DNA of 64,000 nt from Podarcis gaigeae. Taxonomy: Eukaryota. The notes beneath the pieces are model-generated. The model worked only from the letters and a program-made list of their open reading frames with translations. It did no database searches and had not been told where the DNA came from. Both the position numbers and the translations under genes were made by a program. How positions within the stretch are numbered: the stretch's first letter is position 1; each line of letters opens with the position of its first letter. The DNA lies in the NCBI GenBank assembly GCA_964106915.2, contig OZ066922.1, one strand, 5' to 3'. This document shows positions 1-13,040 of this stretch, one piece after another.

Positions 1-39
1 GCTCAGTACTAGCTCAGTACTCTCTGCAACAACTTGTAG

Positions 40-158
40 CAGCTATCCAGGGTTTCTGGCAGGATTCTCTTCCAGACCTACTGAAGATGTCAGGAACTGA
101 ACCTTGGACCTTCCACATACAATACAAATGCTCTAGCACTGAGCTATGGCCCTTCCCC
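40..158 (-). mobile_element. tRNA-derived SINE, 5' part (squamate Squam3-like)
   Basis: Reverse complement starts GGGGAAGGGCCATAGCTCAGTGCTAGAGCAT; same family as 10690-10878. Confidence 0.7.
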
Positions 159-1978
159 ATTTATAGTTTTCGTTGAATGCCAGGATCCAACCTTAGAATG
201 CAAGTGATGGCTGTAGCCCTTTTTCTAATGTTCATTTGCACTCTTCAAACATTTTCTCAGTTGTGACTACCACAGTGTGAGGGGAGGAAGGCAACATGTT
301 CCTGGCCATCCCTCATGTCACCATCACTGCTTTCACACCCTGTTTAGGGCTGAACATCTGCAACATGGGGACTGTTCTTCTTTTGAAGCTTCCCTCATGT
401 GATTTAGAATATTGGGAGACTGGTTTTCCAAACTGCATTGGGGCGGGGGCAGAGCAAGTGCTCTGGTTCCCTCTCTCCATCTTCATATGAGGGGTTAACA
501 TCCCTGCAGACAATTCTTTTGCTACCAACAAATGTGTAGAAAGAGGTGGCTGGGGTTATGCATGCTGGCCTGCCTCCAAATATTATTTTGCATAGACCCT
601 ACCTATGCAAACTGAAACATGCACTGGGAACACTCAGTTTTCTAGGATACAGGCAATGGGAACACTCAATTTTCTAAGATATCAAATAGAGCTTATTGGA
701 GCCTACACACATGCAGATGTATACACTTAGATTCTGTTCAAGCTGTGGACCTGAATGTCTGGCGATCATCTTTGCCAATGTCTCTAAACATGTGCAGAGG
801 GCTTCACGAGCAACCCTTACTTATTTGGAATGGAGAGTCCTTGTCAGAGGCTAGAGTTTCTATGCAGCGCTGAGTTCCAACATCCCTTTTAAAAAAGCTA
901 ACCTCTGCAAACAACTTATGTTTGCAAGCTACACAATGTGCAAGTTTTCTCAAAGGGCAATAAAATCTTAACAGACACAAGGGACAAAGCTCTTCAAAGT
1001 CTGCTATAATTACACTTTCAGTTTGGTAATTCACCAAAGCATTTGTTTATATCTTGCTAATATTGGAACCAAAGTGTGTTGTTTATTGACATAATGAAAG
1101 CTATGTCAAATATAGACCAGCCCACAGGAATTTACTGGAATTCTGGAAACGTTCAATCTAATTCAGCTTTTTCGTTATATTTGTATTAAGACATTCTCCC
1201 CAGAGTAAAAACGAATGTCTCTGATGTAATACCCTCTTCCAAAAGTTAGAAAGTCTGTCATCTTTCTCAATATACTCACTTCATTAAATAGTTTACAACT
1301 TGCGAGGGGATCACAAAGTTTGCGGAACAAAATGACTGTCCTGACAGATTCAGACAATAAAATGACCAGATTGCAGCCTGAACGCTTTCTCAGAGACTGT
1401 TGCTGCAGCACATACTAAATACAAATATTGAAACACCTGCATGATGTCCGTAATACTTTTAGCAGATGTTAATCCCCTCTGCATGTAACCAGTGGATTTA
1501 GATCACATCACTGCACCTTACCCCCTTCAGCCCTGCCTGGAAAATGGCCAGCTATCTGAATACATTCCAAGCAGAGCAAGGCTTGTTGCTTGCATTTACA
1601 GTTTCATTGTCAAGTCTGGAAGCATTTGTACACGAGTTTGCAAGCGTATCTATTTATCCATCAGGCAGACCTCACTGTTTAGCCATTTGTGTGTCACTTC
1701 ACAGAACACGGCTATTTGTTCCTTTCTTAGGGGTGATTAGTGTGTGCTTATACTACAGTGAGGTGGGGCAGCATCAAATGATGAACTGTTTGTGTGAATG
1801 AGACGTTGCAGATCAAATGCCAGAGGCAAATTTTCACAGAACCTGACATATCACCATACTCTTACATGAAAAACTTTGCTCTACCTTAGAAGCAAGTTGC
1901 TGATTTATATTCCTGTCATTCATTTGGAGTCCCCAACGAAGTGGTGAGCACTTTTTAAAACATACACATAATTAAGAG

Positions 1979-2114
1979 CAGGATTCCTCAACCTCGGCCC
2001 TCCAGATGTTTTGAGACGACAATTCCCATCATCCCTGACCACTGGTCCTGCTAGCTAGGGAACATGGGAGTTGTAGGCCAAAAACATCTGGAGCCCCAAG
2101 GTTGAGGAAGCCTG
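1979..2114. mobile_element. hAT-superfamily MITE (136 bp palindromic family 'C') with 8-bp TSD
   Basis: TIRs CAGGATTCCTCAACCT...AGGTTGAGGAAGCCTG, flanked by ATTAAGAG at 1971-1978 and 2115-2122. Confidence 0.85.
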
Positions 2115-3100
2115 ATTAAGAGGATGTAAGTGAGGGGGAGTCAAACCTTTTCCCCATTTCCAACTCTACCTCGTTGTACTCTGTTGCTTAAAGCAAATTT
2201 CTTCCAGCCCAATAAGAGAAGTGAGCTGGGCTAGACAGAAAATTTCTTGAATCATCAGATCATAGCAAAGGAGGGAGGGGTGAGAGAGGATTTAGTTCCC
2301 CTCACCCTCATAGTCCATTTCATGTTAAAAACAGCCCCACCTGCTGATTTAACATGACTAAGGGTGCAGTTATAAAATATGCATTGGATAATGAGATCTT
2401 ACTAGGACATTTATTTTTGAGAACAATTCAATTAAAATAAAGGGTTTTTGTTGTTGTTTTTAAAGATCCCTACAAACCTACTTACTTCTTATCCCTGCTT
2501 TGTAGGGGAACAGGGCAGAATCCTAAATAAAACACATATGACTGCCTCAAACCATATAACTAGAGTTTGGTCCTTACTCATATTCATATGCCATGCTAAC
2601 CCTTCAATACAGAGCACAATGAACATTCTTCAAAGATAGCTGGAGAAGATGAATAGGTAGCTAAAATAAGCCTATGCTTATTCATAGTCATTAAATGTCA
2701 ACTTTTTGTTTTGGTTTCTTTTTTATTAAAAAAAAAACTGTCTTATATCCCTGAAAGATGGTCAGGCTTGAACTTTGGCAGACCTTCAGGAGACGGAAAT
2801 ATCAGAACTGGAGAGCTGTTGCCAAAGATGCTTCTCTCTTTGAGCTTTCGTCTTCCAGGGGAGCAGCTTATTAGGCTTTAGCAGTGAGATCACAGGTCCT
2901 TCGCCGGGGCTTTGGGGTTTTGTATGTGCCCTGCACATTTTGAGCAGTGCCAGGAACAAAATCTGTATATCAGCCTTCAGTATTGTAACTGGAGAATATC
3001 CTCTAGTAGATCAAAATTTTATTATGATAGAAAGACACATTTGCACATTAGTGACTAAACCTGTTTATGGTGTCCTAGGAAAACACATGCTAAAATAAAC

Positions 3101-3180
3101 CAATCCTATACACACTTACCTGGGAATGAGCCACGTTGAAATTAGTGGGACTTACTTCTGAGTAGACATGCATAGGATTT
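3101..3180. mobile_element. Short hairpin MITE family 'A' (representative copy)
   Basis: CAATCCTATACAC...TTACCTGGGA...GGGACTTACTTCTGAGTAGACATGCATAGGATT is self-complementary; many related copies occur in the window. Confidence 0.7.
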
Positions 3181-3297
3181 GGTTGGTTGGTTGGTTGGTT
3201 GGTTTATTCATTCTCCTAGGCATGTCTTGCCCAAAGTAAGCATTGTTGATTTCACTGGCATTGCTCCAAAGTAAATAGGATTGCAGCAATCCTGCAC

Positions 3298-3495
3298 ACC
3301 AGGGAAAATGTGGTCCTCCAGATACTGTTGGACTCTCATCAACCACTCACAGAATAATCAATAATTTTATTTTTATTATTTATTAAATTTGTATACCGCC
3401 TATATACCTGCAGGTCTCAGGGCAGTTCTGAAGATAATGATCAGGATGATGGAGTTGTACTCTACATCTAGAAGGCCATATGTTCCCTGTCCCTG
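3298..3495. mobile_element. Family C hAT MITE interrupted by a LINE/SINE 3' tail fragment
   Basis: CCTCCAGATACTGTTGGACT...ACATCTAGAAGGCCATATGTTCCCTGTCCCTG arms, split by TTTATTAAATTTGTATACCGCC...TCTCAGGGCAGTTC. Confidence 0.55.
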
Positions 3496-4026
3496 CTGTA
3501 TACTTACCTGGCAGAAGGTCCCATGTAATTCAATGGGACTTATTTCTGAGTGGATATGCATTGCACATCAACCACATTTCCCCCCATTTAACAGTGGGTA
3601 GCATCGAAGTCTAGGGAGATGTTGCTCTTTCCTTCTCCCCTCAATATATACGCACACTACAATCACTACTGAGCACACATGGCAGATAATACAAAAGCTC
3701 TTGCAACAGTATCATCTAAAGAACTATGGTATGACTTTTATAGCTTGGATTTTGCAAGTAACCTCAAAGGATACTGAATGGTCCTCATCTGCCTTTTAGG
3801 CTGCATTATTGCAGTCCATGCATGTGATGCCTTCCTTGTGTTAATCTACAAGTAAGCAATCAATGCCAGACTTTTCATGTAATGGGTTTTCTCCCTAAGC
3901 TGTCCTGCTGCCAAAAATGATAGCAGCAGAGCTTTCAGATTAGTGGAGGAAAGCCCAACATTATATCAGGCAACATTAAAAATGATAAGTAAACAACAGC
4001 AGCAGATGGTGCCTGAAAACATCCCA

Positions 4027-4165
4027 GGTTGTGTACATACCATATATTTAAGTGACACCCCCAAAAAAATATTCTTGGGAACTGTGGTTTGTTAAGAGTG
4101 CTGAGAATCATAACTTTGTGATTAATTAACTACAACTCCTGTGTTTCTTTGGAGGAAAATGTTCT
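4027..4165. mobile_element. Palindromic MITE family 'D', degenerate
   Basis: GGGAACTGTGGTTTGTTAAGAGTGCTGAGAAT...AACTACAACTCC core shared with 29871-30053 and 63238-63545. Confidence 0.55.
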
Positions 4166-6009
4166 GTTAAGGAAGAAGGGGAAAGGAAACACTCTCAAGG
4201 TGCCATCAAAGGCTCAGCCTTCCATATAAAACCACCATTTGCTTCTCTCAGACACTCCCTTTTTACACAACCACCCCCAAATCCATTCTGTCATAGCTCT
4301 CTGGTGTGTCCCTCATGCCCCCAGTTTTCAAACTGATTGCCTCCCCCAAAAAGCTAGTGATGGTAATATGATTTCTATTTTCCCATCAGTCATGCCCCTT
4401 TGGGAGAACTGCTGCACCAGAAGTTACTATGCCTACAATTTGCATCCATGATGGCATGGAGGGAAGGATTTCAGAAGGTATCAGCTCAATAAAAACCCTG
4501 AAATTTGATTGGATTAATTCAGTCTCCAGGAGATAATTTGCCTTCAAATTTTACCCACTGATGTACAAAGGTGAGAAAGTCATGGCCATTTTTAAGTTCC
4601 CTGTTATGGTTCCCTATCTGTACCTGGTATCCATAGTGGCAAGCAGACCAATGGCTGCAACACCATAGATTACTCAGAGTTAGCAACTTGGTCCTACAAA
4701 AGCCAGAGGTGAACTGAAGCATTATGAGTCTCTTCCTCTGGTCCACCTTCTCCAAGCTCCACCCCCTTGGCCTAATGCCTATGAGCTTTCGGCCTATACA
4801 TTATGCTTTGAACATGTGATAAACTATGGATTTAAACTTGTTTCTAATCTGTTTAACTGCCCATGTCTCCCAGTCAAAGATCACTGAGCATTATAGTGCT
4901 TTAATAGATTTGGGACCTCTAACCAAGATTTTTAGTGCTCTCATCAAACTAAGATCCTTAGGGAAGGGAACCCATGACCATGGCATAGGAAAAGAGGAAT
5001 GTGGGAACTAGATTTCTCTAGATTTCCTCTCCTCCCAAACCAGCTTGTTTACACACCGCTTCTCATCCCAGAGGTAACTGAAGCATGACTAGCTGGGATA
5101 TGAGAAGGATTTTCTGTGGCTGCACCTAGATCGGGCACTTTCAGATTGCCATTATTTTGGGGTGGGATTCAATCACATGCCAGCAAATTCAGGTTGTTTG
5201 GGAGGTTTTGCACAACAAACCTGCTTCCTTAAAAGACTGGACTTTTGTGATAAAGAAGGTGATAAGAAAATGCCCTGGAAATTATAGAGTAACACTTGCT
5301 TTGATGCAAGCATTTGCTCTTCTAAATTAAGGTGTTTCAGTGGAATGGCTCCTTGCTTTTTTAAAGCTGTTTTTATCTGCTGGGCCTTTCTCCGTTTTGT
5401 TGTGTTTTCTTATATTTGTCCTTATTTTGTAGCTTTTAAATTGTTGTTAGTGGATCTCAGCAATATGACTACAGTGGAAGGGCAGGATAAATATGGTCTT
5501 CAGTATATTGAGGGGGGGGGGATAGATGTGGGGATTACATAGTGAAGCAAAATTGTCCTTAGACAATACGTGAGTCATCAAAGTTCAAGGAAAATATTCC
5601 ACTTTGCCAGTACAGTTCAGCTGGTATTTCTCATAATTGCTAATCGTGCTCTTTCTTTTCAAATCCATTTTAACATGCACCAAAACCAGGCATGGTACAG
5701 CTACTTGCCCATTGGATGGACATGAAAGGTTTGGCTAACAAGCTTTACTGCAAAAGTGTATATGTCAAGTCCTGCTGATGAGAAATTTGACATTTGTGGT
5801 TTTTTTTAAAGTCCCACCACCAGCACAAGTGATCTGGAAGCAGAAGTTCCTTCTCCAATATTCCATCATGCAACCTTCTTTAGCTCTCAGATATGTGGGC
5901 CAATCCTTTAAGGGTTTAACTGTTCTGCATTTTAGCTCCCAGAATGTAATTTATAGAATATTAGTGAATAACAGGGGCAGCTTTCTCTAGCTACTGTAAT
6001 CTATGGTAG

Positions 6010-6117
6010 ACTTTTGAGTTTCCCACAGGCATCTGGTTGGCGACTGTTAGAGCAGGATGCTGGAATAGGTGGACCATTGGCCTGATCCAACAGACTTTCA
6101 TTATGTTCTTATGTTCC
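6010..6117 (+). mobile_element. CR1-type LINE 3' end fragment
   Basis: TTTCCCACAGGCATCTGGTTGG...GGCCTGATCCAACAG...TTATGTTCTTATGTTC tail, shared with 9968-10233. Confidence 0.65.
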
Positions 6118-6323
6118 ATTGACTTTCCTGTGATATACATCCTAGCTGTCATGTTGCATCTTTCAGTTGCTTGTTTCTAAAATACTTGTATGAAAAAGCA
6201 GGGCTCCAAGGATTATAATATCCATACCTGTAGTCTTCAAAGATATTTTCTACAGCAACATTTGATGAGCCTCCCAAAAAACCAAAACGAAACACTGTTT
6301 TGGAATTGGAGGATCTAATAAGA

Positions 6324-6460
6324 CAGGGGTGGGGAACCTGTAACCTCCAGACAACATTTGAACTCTACCTCTCATTAGCCTCAGACAGTATGCCAAATGG
6401 TCAGGGATGATAGGAGCTGTAGTCCAACAACATCTGGAGGGCTACAGATTCCCCAGACTG
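6324..6460. mobile_element. Family C hAT MITE
   Basis: CAGGGGTGGGGAACCTG...ACATCTGGAGGGCTACAGATTCCCC inverted arms. Confidence 0.7.
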
Positions 6461-6513
6461 TATTAGGACTTGTGATTGAACAGGTTTACTTCTATACACA
6501 AATGTGCGTACAG

Positions 6514-6741
6514 CAGGGGTCAGCAAACTTTTTCAGCAGGGGACCGGTCCACTGTCCCTCAGATCTTGTGGGGGGCTGGACTATATTTGGGGGGGGGAAT
6601 GGACCAATTCCTATGCCCCAGAGATGCATTTTAAATAAAAGGACACATTCTACTCATGTAAAAACACGCTGATTTAGCGGGCTGGATTTAGAAGGTGATT
6701 GAGCCGCATCCAGCCCCTGGGCCTTAATTTGCCTACCCATG
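6514..6741. mobile_element. hAT/Charlie-like non-autonomous DNA transposon
   Basis: TIRs CAGGGGTCAGCAAAC...TTTGCCTACCCATG; degenerate 8-bp TSD GCGTACAG/CCATACAG. Confidence 0.65.
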
Positions 6742-8254
6742 CCATACAGCATAACTGTCATTGCTTTGTCTGCCTTCCTCCTCTCCCTGTGTTTTTTATG
6801 TGAACTATAAAATGTGTCCAGACATTGGGTGGAATTCAATGTAGCACTAAGAAGATTGTTCCTCCAGTACAATGAGTTCTACTTGCCCAAGAAAACAATC
6901 TCCCCTTTCCTTCCTCTGTGTGACGTTCTGGATTTCTCTTGACCCTCCAGAGTGATTCAGGGGAGGCATGAATGGAGAGAGGAAGAAATGTCATTGCACT
7001 AGCAGGAGTCTTGCCTTCTGCCAACAAAAAGGATTGTTTGAATACATCCCAAAGTATCTGATGCAAGCAAGTTCTTCCAATGCCTTTAAAAATGAAACAA
7101 AACAAATGGGAAAATGAAATGAATGATATTTTTTTCCCCTATTCATTGTTTCCCCATTCATTTTTAATACAAATAAATGGGGTGCATATTTATTTGTTTT
7201 AAAAGGACAAGGAGCTTGAATTGTAGAAGTACACGATGCAATACCTTTCACATTGAGCAGATGCAAACACTAAAGCACAAGTCCAGCAGCAGTAGCTATA
7301 AACCTTTTTACAATGAATAGAAATATTATTTTCAGTATTTCCCTCCAATAATTTTCCTTCTACTCAATGGCAATGCAAATTCTTCTCTTTTTCAGGTAAT
7401 ACGCTTGCACGTACAAGAGGGAGTCTTTTGCACAGTGTGAATTATATGGATGTAAAGTTGTAGCAAATATTTCCAATCACCTTTCAAATACACCGGAAAA
7501 AAATTAGTCATTCTTTGTATGTGTAGCCTTCATAAATACATAAATCAGAGAACAGTATGAAGCATAATGTCAAAGATACTTTTTGACACTTCATCCATTA
7601 GGTAAATGCTGCCGATAAACAGTTGTGATTAAGTTATGGTTTGAAATGTGGGTCCCATGAGGTCTGTGGTTCCTGGGGTGTTTTTATACAGCTTCTGTCA
7701 CTATTGATTTGCAATGCATGCCCAGACACCTGCGGTCATTACCAATGCTACTGTTACTTTATGCACTCTCACTGACTATAACACACAAATGCTACCAATC
7801 CATCTATGTCACTGAGAAATGTACCATTTGGTTGTCATCACATACATTGCCCGTGACCTTCCACTTCAAAATCCAACAGGACAAAACTTGGGGGAATAGA
7901 AGCATCTTAGCTTTGAATGCACTTGTCTTCTAGAGGGTCTTTAGATTAGTTTAGAATGAATGACCTTCATCATTCATGAAAAAATAAGCACTTAAATTGA
8001 AATTACACCATTTCAGTGTACACTGAGCAACGAATGAATCTCCATCTACTCTTCTGATTTCAGCTCCATAGCAAACCCCCTTTTGTGGATTCCTCCAACC
8101 CCAGACACACAGAAACAGACCTATCTATTGCTGTACCTTCTGGAATGCAGTATTTCATATGGGATCTCATGGCACAGGGGAAGAAACAAATACCATGCTT
8201 TGCATGATCATTTAGTTTTTCCAGGCTGTCTCTCTGCATCCAGTTTTAGATATA

Positions 8255-8496
8255 CAGTGGTACCTTGGGTTAAGTACTTAATTTGTTCCGGAGGCCCGTA
8301 CGTAACCTGAAACTATTCTTAACCTGAGGTACCACTTCAGCTAATGGGGCCTCTTGCTGCTGCCACGCTGCTGGAGCACAATTTCTGTTCTCATCCTGAA
8401 GCAAAGTTTTTAACCTGATGCACTATTTCTGGGCTAGCGGAGTCTGTAACCTGAAACGTATGTAACCTGAAGTGTATGTAACCCAAGGTACCACTG
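8255..8496. mobile_element. Tc1/mariner (Tigger-like) MITE
   Basis: Perfect 18-bp TIRs CAGTGGTACCTTGGGTTA / TAACCCAAGGTACCACTG, flanked by TA on both sides. Confidence 0.85.
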
Positions 8497-9967
8497 TATG
8501 TTGTAGGAGAAAAGGTATTTTTTTCTCATTGTATTACTATAAATGATATATAATTTCTCAGATTCCCCCTGACCCTCCAACAGTTCTTTTAAATTTTTCT
8601 TCTTAAAAAAATCCTCTTGAACATCTGTAGAATTTCAGTCATCCCCTGGAAAATACTCAGCAATATGCCACCTGCCCAACTCTACCTCAAGTTCACTGTC
8701 CAAAAACATTGTGGATAATTTGGGGGTGCCCTTTTTGCTCAGCCCCAACTTTTATGCATTTAATTGTGACCTACTTCCAAATTCTAGGGCTGTGTGAAAT
8801 GGCTAAATCCTAATAGTAAATATAATTGCTTTCTAGAACTCAGTGGGACATCTTGTGGATAAGCATGGATAGGAAAAGCTGCAAGGCTAGTCGCACATTT
8901 TCTTGAAGTCAGGAACCAATGGAAATTATTTTCAAATCAATATGCTTAGCATCAGAATGTACCAAGCCATCTTGGTGGCAAATTCCATACATTCAATAAC
9001 ATGAAGCTAAGGATCAGATCTACCCAGCGTCCATTGCGATCGTGTTTAAAACATTTCAAGGATCATCCTGCTATATAAAGAGTTGTCAGAACTGAAAAGA
9101 GCATGCATTTAAGAATATTTAAAATGTAGTAAAGATAAAATCGTAAACATGAAACATCTGCACAGAGCGTTAAAAAGCCAGTCTGTTTATTGGGCACACT
9201 GATTTACCCCTTAAAGGTCACATTCAGTCTTTACTGTGTGAAGTGGCAGGTTTCTCAAAATGTTCTTAATCACGTTGGTAACTGTGTGAGAGCCCGTTTG
9301 ATTAAAGCTGTACAAACATATCATTGTGTGTTTGAGCTGCAACTATATATTTCCAGTGCAAACATACTGCATTGATTTTAGTGGCTTTTAAGCCTTCAGT
9401 GAAGGAGCAAGGCTCCCTGACAAATACATCTCTAGGCTAAACACTACGAATGAAGAATGTGTAGGCAAAACTCCTTCAGAAAAATATTTCAAAGAAGGAC
9501 CACATGATTCAGTAGATTTACTATTTGCTATTCTTTTGGTTCAGTCTTTTAACACTCCTCCACAGAAATTTTACAATAGTATGCACAGTTTCATGAACAG
9601 GAAAGTAAAATGGTCCAAAATAGATCATAAATATACCTCTTAACATTTTCTAGAATTGTGTCATTTGGACAATATCACCTTTTCATTTTTCCTTTGGTGA
9701 TTTAGAATACTTGGTTTCATTAGCAGTCCAATCCAGAAATGGGTTACAACAGCCCTGATTCTTGTGGTTAAGCCATCAATTCCCCATTGGAACAGTCTGC
9801 TGGCTGCTAGGTTTGACTGCTTGTCTATGAGCATCACCACATGTGTTTTTCATGGGTGCATTCTGCAACATGGCATTGATGCAATAATCATTCATTAGTG
9901 GTAGATTTTTCCTGGACTGCCCACGCATCATCCCACTATGCTGAATAAACTATGAAACTCACTCCCA

Positions 9968-10233
9968 CACCAACTTAGATGGCTTTAAAGGAGCATTAGG
10001 CAAATTCATGGAGGAGAAAGATGCCAACTACTAGCTATGATGGCTATGCTCCACTTCCACAGTCGCAGACAGTAATGCTTCTGAATGCTGGAAACTGCTG
10101 GAGGGCAAAGTGGTATTCTGCTCAAGTCCTGATTAATGGTTTCCCACAGGCATCTGGTTGGCTGCTGTGAGAACAGAATGCTAGAGTAGATGGGCCATTG
10201 ACCTGATCCAACAGGCTCTTCTTATGTTCTTAT
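9968..10233 (+). mobile_element. CR1-type LINE 3' end
   Basis: Degenerate ORF2 end (GATGGCTTTAAAGGAGCATTAGGCAAATTCATGGAGG), then a 3' UTR ending TCTTATGTTCTTAT. Confidence 0.7.
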
Positions 10234-10689
10234 TAGCCGTTCTGCAGTGCTTTCCCCATGTTATTGCCCAATTGCGATCTGGAGAGACACTCTTGCACTA
10301 AAGCACCACAAAAATGGGCCAAAGAAACACAATTCGGAACATCTGAGGTTCAAAAGGGTACAGAAATGCAGCAGAAATTGTGGAACATGCACTGACTAGA
10401 AAGAGAACTAGGATGTAGTACCTGTATCTAGAAAGGGTGTTTACTTCCAAGCTATAGTGACTCCTTTTTGTGCATACTGAACACACACACTCACATGCAC
10501 ACACACATAACCTTCACCTAGTAAGCCACAGTCTTAGAATTGACTTCATTAAATTAGACAGAGCATATACTTTGATGGCAGCAGCTTTTCTGCAACTCTC
10601 AAACTCCAGTGGCCTTTGTAGCCCAGTCATTAATGTGCACGATATAGAGTAGTCCTCCACTGCTTTATTCTGAAAGAGCATTCCAAAAT

Positions 10690-10878
10690 GGGGAAGGGTC
10701 GTAGCTCAGTGGCAGAGCATCTGTTTCACATGCAGAAGGTCCCAGGTTCAATCCCTGGCATCTCCAACTAGGTCTGGCAAAGTCCCCAGTCCAAAAGTCT
10801 CTGCCAGTCAGTGTAGATATTATTCAGCTCAATAGACCAGTTGGTTTGACTCAGTACAAGACAGAATCCTGTGTTCCT
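10690..10878 (+). mobile_element. tRNA-derived SINE (Squam3-like), near full length
   Basis: A box TAGCTCAGTGG, B box GGTTCAATCCC, then a non-tRNA body and LINE-like tail CCTGTGTTCCT. Confidence 0.75.
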
Positions 10879-12039
10879 TTTAGTTCAATTGGCCAACTCC
10901 GTAGTGAATAGTGTAAGACTTGCAGCCAAAGAGGGAGAGCAGCTTAAAGTCAAACATGTGGTCCTATCATAAAAATAATATAGTGATTGGGAAATGGGTT
11001 GAGTAAAAAAAAATCCAAAATTTACTTCTAAAGGGTTGGTCCTATGCTACCCCACCAATCCCCAGGAAAAATTGGCTTAAGCTTTAAAGAGAATCATATA
11101 GATCCACAACACTGTACTGTAATTTACAATGTTTATACTCTCTGAGACGTAAGAAGCAGAACTTAAACAGCAATTTATACTAATTTATATTAATGCCAAG
11201 TAGCAGCCAACACTTTGGGCATTAGCCAAATGGCAACATTTACATATTCTTGACACTTTAAAAAATACTTCTTTGTGTTCAACAAAACTTTGAGAAACTT
11301 TCAGTTGCTTAGTTTTTAACGCCGTCTGGGCACTTTGAGACTGAAAAGGAAAGTCTTTTTCAGTTTAGCACCATATAAAAATGTGTTGTCTCTCCATGCT
11401 CAATTACTTTCTTTTAGATGGGATGGTGAGAGTTCCAAGCCAAAGGGCTGAAAGAAATACACTCCCTTAAACCATAGTTGTTTTTTTAAATCCCAGGAAG
11501 GATCTTGTGACTGGCATCTCAAAGGACAGGCAACTTAAAACTTGTCTGCCATTAAAATGCAGACAAATCCATAGATTAAACCATAGAGATAGGAGCAGGG
11601 GAAAGGAAGCAAAAGCAGCATGCAGCCCTTGGTTTCAAGGTTTTATTTGAGAGCCACCACTTGGGTGGCAAGGTCGTGATTCAGGCACGGGAAACTGCTC
11701 CATACTTGCTGACCTGTATGGCAATGTTTTCTTTGACCAGAATTGGTGGCCACACTCAAATGGCCACTCTCAACAGGAAACAGAAAGCGCTGGTCAAACT
11801 GCATGGAGACTTGGTATTAACCACCCTGGAAGTAAACTTTTAAACTATTTCATTCTCTCCTGTTGGAAAGCCTTCAAATGTATGAAGGTCTAATTTGATA
11901 TTTGCATCCATGGAGAAGATATAGAGGCTTGTGGAAGGGCTGGGTGACTACTTAAAACAACCTCAAGGTCAACAATTGATTCTACTGCCCAAAGTATGTG
12001 CCTTCTAAAGTATATTTATAACTAGGATATTTTTGCATG

Positions 12040-12104
12040 TGCCCATAACTCCATCCAATCGAATATATCCAACATTTCCCTGATGAAAATAGGGACATCC
12101 TATT

Positions 12105-12163
<59 letters not shown>

Positions 12164-12478
12164 TTTATTTATACTTCACACATTTGACTGGATTGACCCA
12201 GCCACTCTGGGCAGCTTCCAACATATATAAAAACATAATAAAACATTAACCATTAAAAACCTTCCCTATACAGGGCTGCCTTCAGATGTATTCTAAAAGT
12301 TGTATCTCTTTGGCTCTTTGGCTCAGGGTCACATAACCGTACCCTCCAACATTACTCCGATGAAAAATAGGGATGTCCTTAGGAAAAGTGTGACATTCTG
12401 TGATCAAATCAGAATCCAGGACATTTTCTGTATATCTGGAACTGTCCCTGGAAAATAGGGACACTTGGAAGATCTGTC
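12040..12478. mobile_element. Composite repeat: DNA-transposon-like unit carrying an L2-like tail and (AAT)19
   Basis: Internal direct repeat CCAACATT..C.GATGAAAATAGGGA (~12069 and ~12346), (AAT)n 12107-12163, antisense LINE tail TTTATTTATAC...CACTCTGGGCAGCTTCC, end AGGGACACTTGGAAGATCTG. Confidence 0.55.
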
Positions 12479-12919
12479 CTAGCCTAAGTGTCAGGTCCAT
12501 CAGTCACTTCATAAAGCTCTATCTAGATGAACTGCTTTTTCTGCGGGGGGAGAGTTACAGGAAGGCTCAGAGTTAGAAGAGACAGTGCCAGAGAGAACTG
12601 GCCATTAGAATGTCTTCTGTCCCCTTCACTGCTGTCTCCAAATTCAAGGAGAGGCTTAAAGAACAGGAACAGCAGTGAGGAACCTCCAGCACCTGGGCTT
12701 AATCAGGTCCACAGTTTTGTTCAGACTATCCACACCTGCCCTACAGGAAAAAAAGACATGGCTGGAGATAAAGGGGGGTTACAGGTATGACTGATCAGCT
12801 GATTGGTAGCACCTGCAAAGCCCTGTGCACAGAATTATGCAAGTGCTGGCATTCAGCTGATTGAGGGCATCTGCAAAGACCATGCATAGCCTTGTGTGCA
12901 GTGTTTTGAAAGTGGAAAC

Positions 12920-13040
12920 CAATAGACCATCTAGTCCAGCATCTTGTCCTCATAGTCACCAACCAGATGCCCATGGAAACCCCCAAACACAACCAAAGCG
13001 CAAGAGCACTCTGCCTTTCTGTGAATTACAGCAACTGCAA
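12920..13040 (-). mobile_element. CR1-type 3' fragment
   Basis: CCATCTAGTCCAGCATC...CCAACCAGATGCC is the reverse complement of the tail at ~10140-10200. Confidence 0.55.

Noticed and set aside
10690-10765. Possible tRNA gene
   Set aside because: A/B boxes are present, but it continues into a SINE body and tail, has another copy at 40-158, and lacks a clean cloverleaf.
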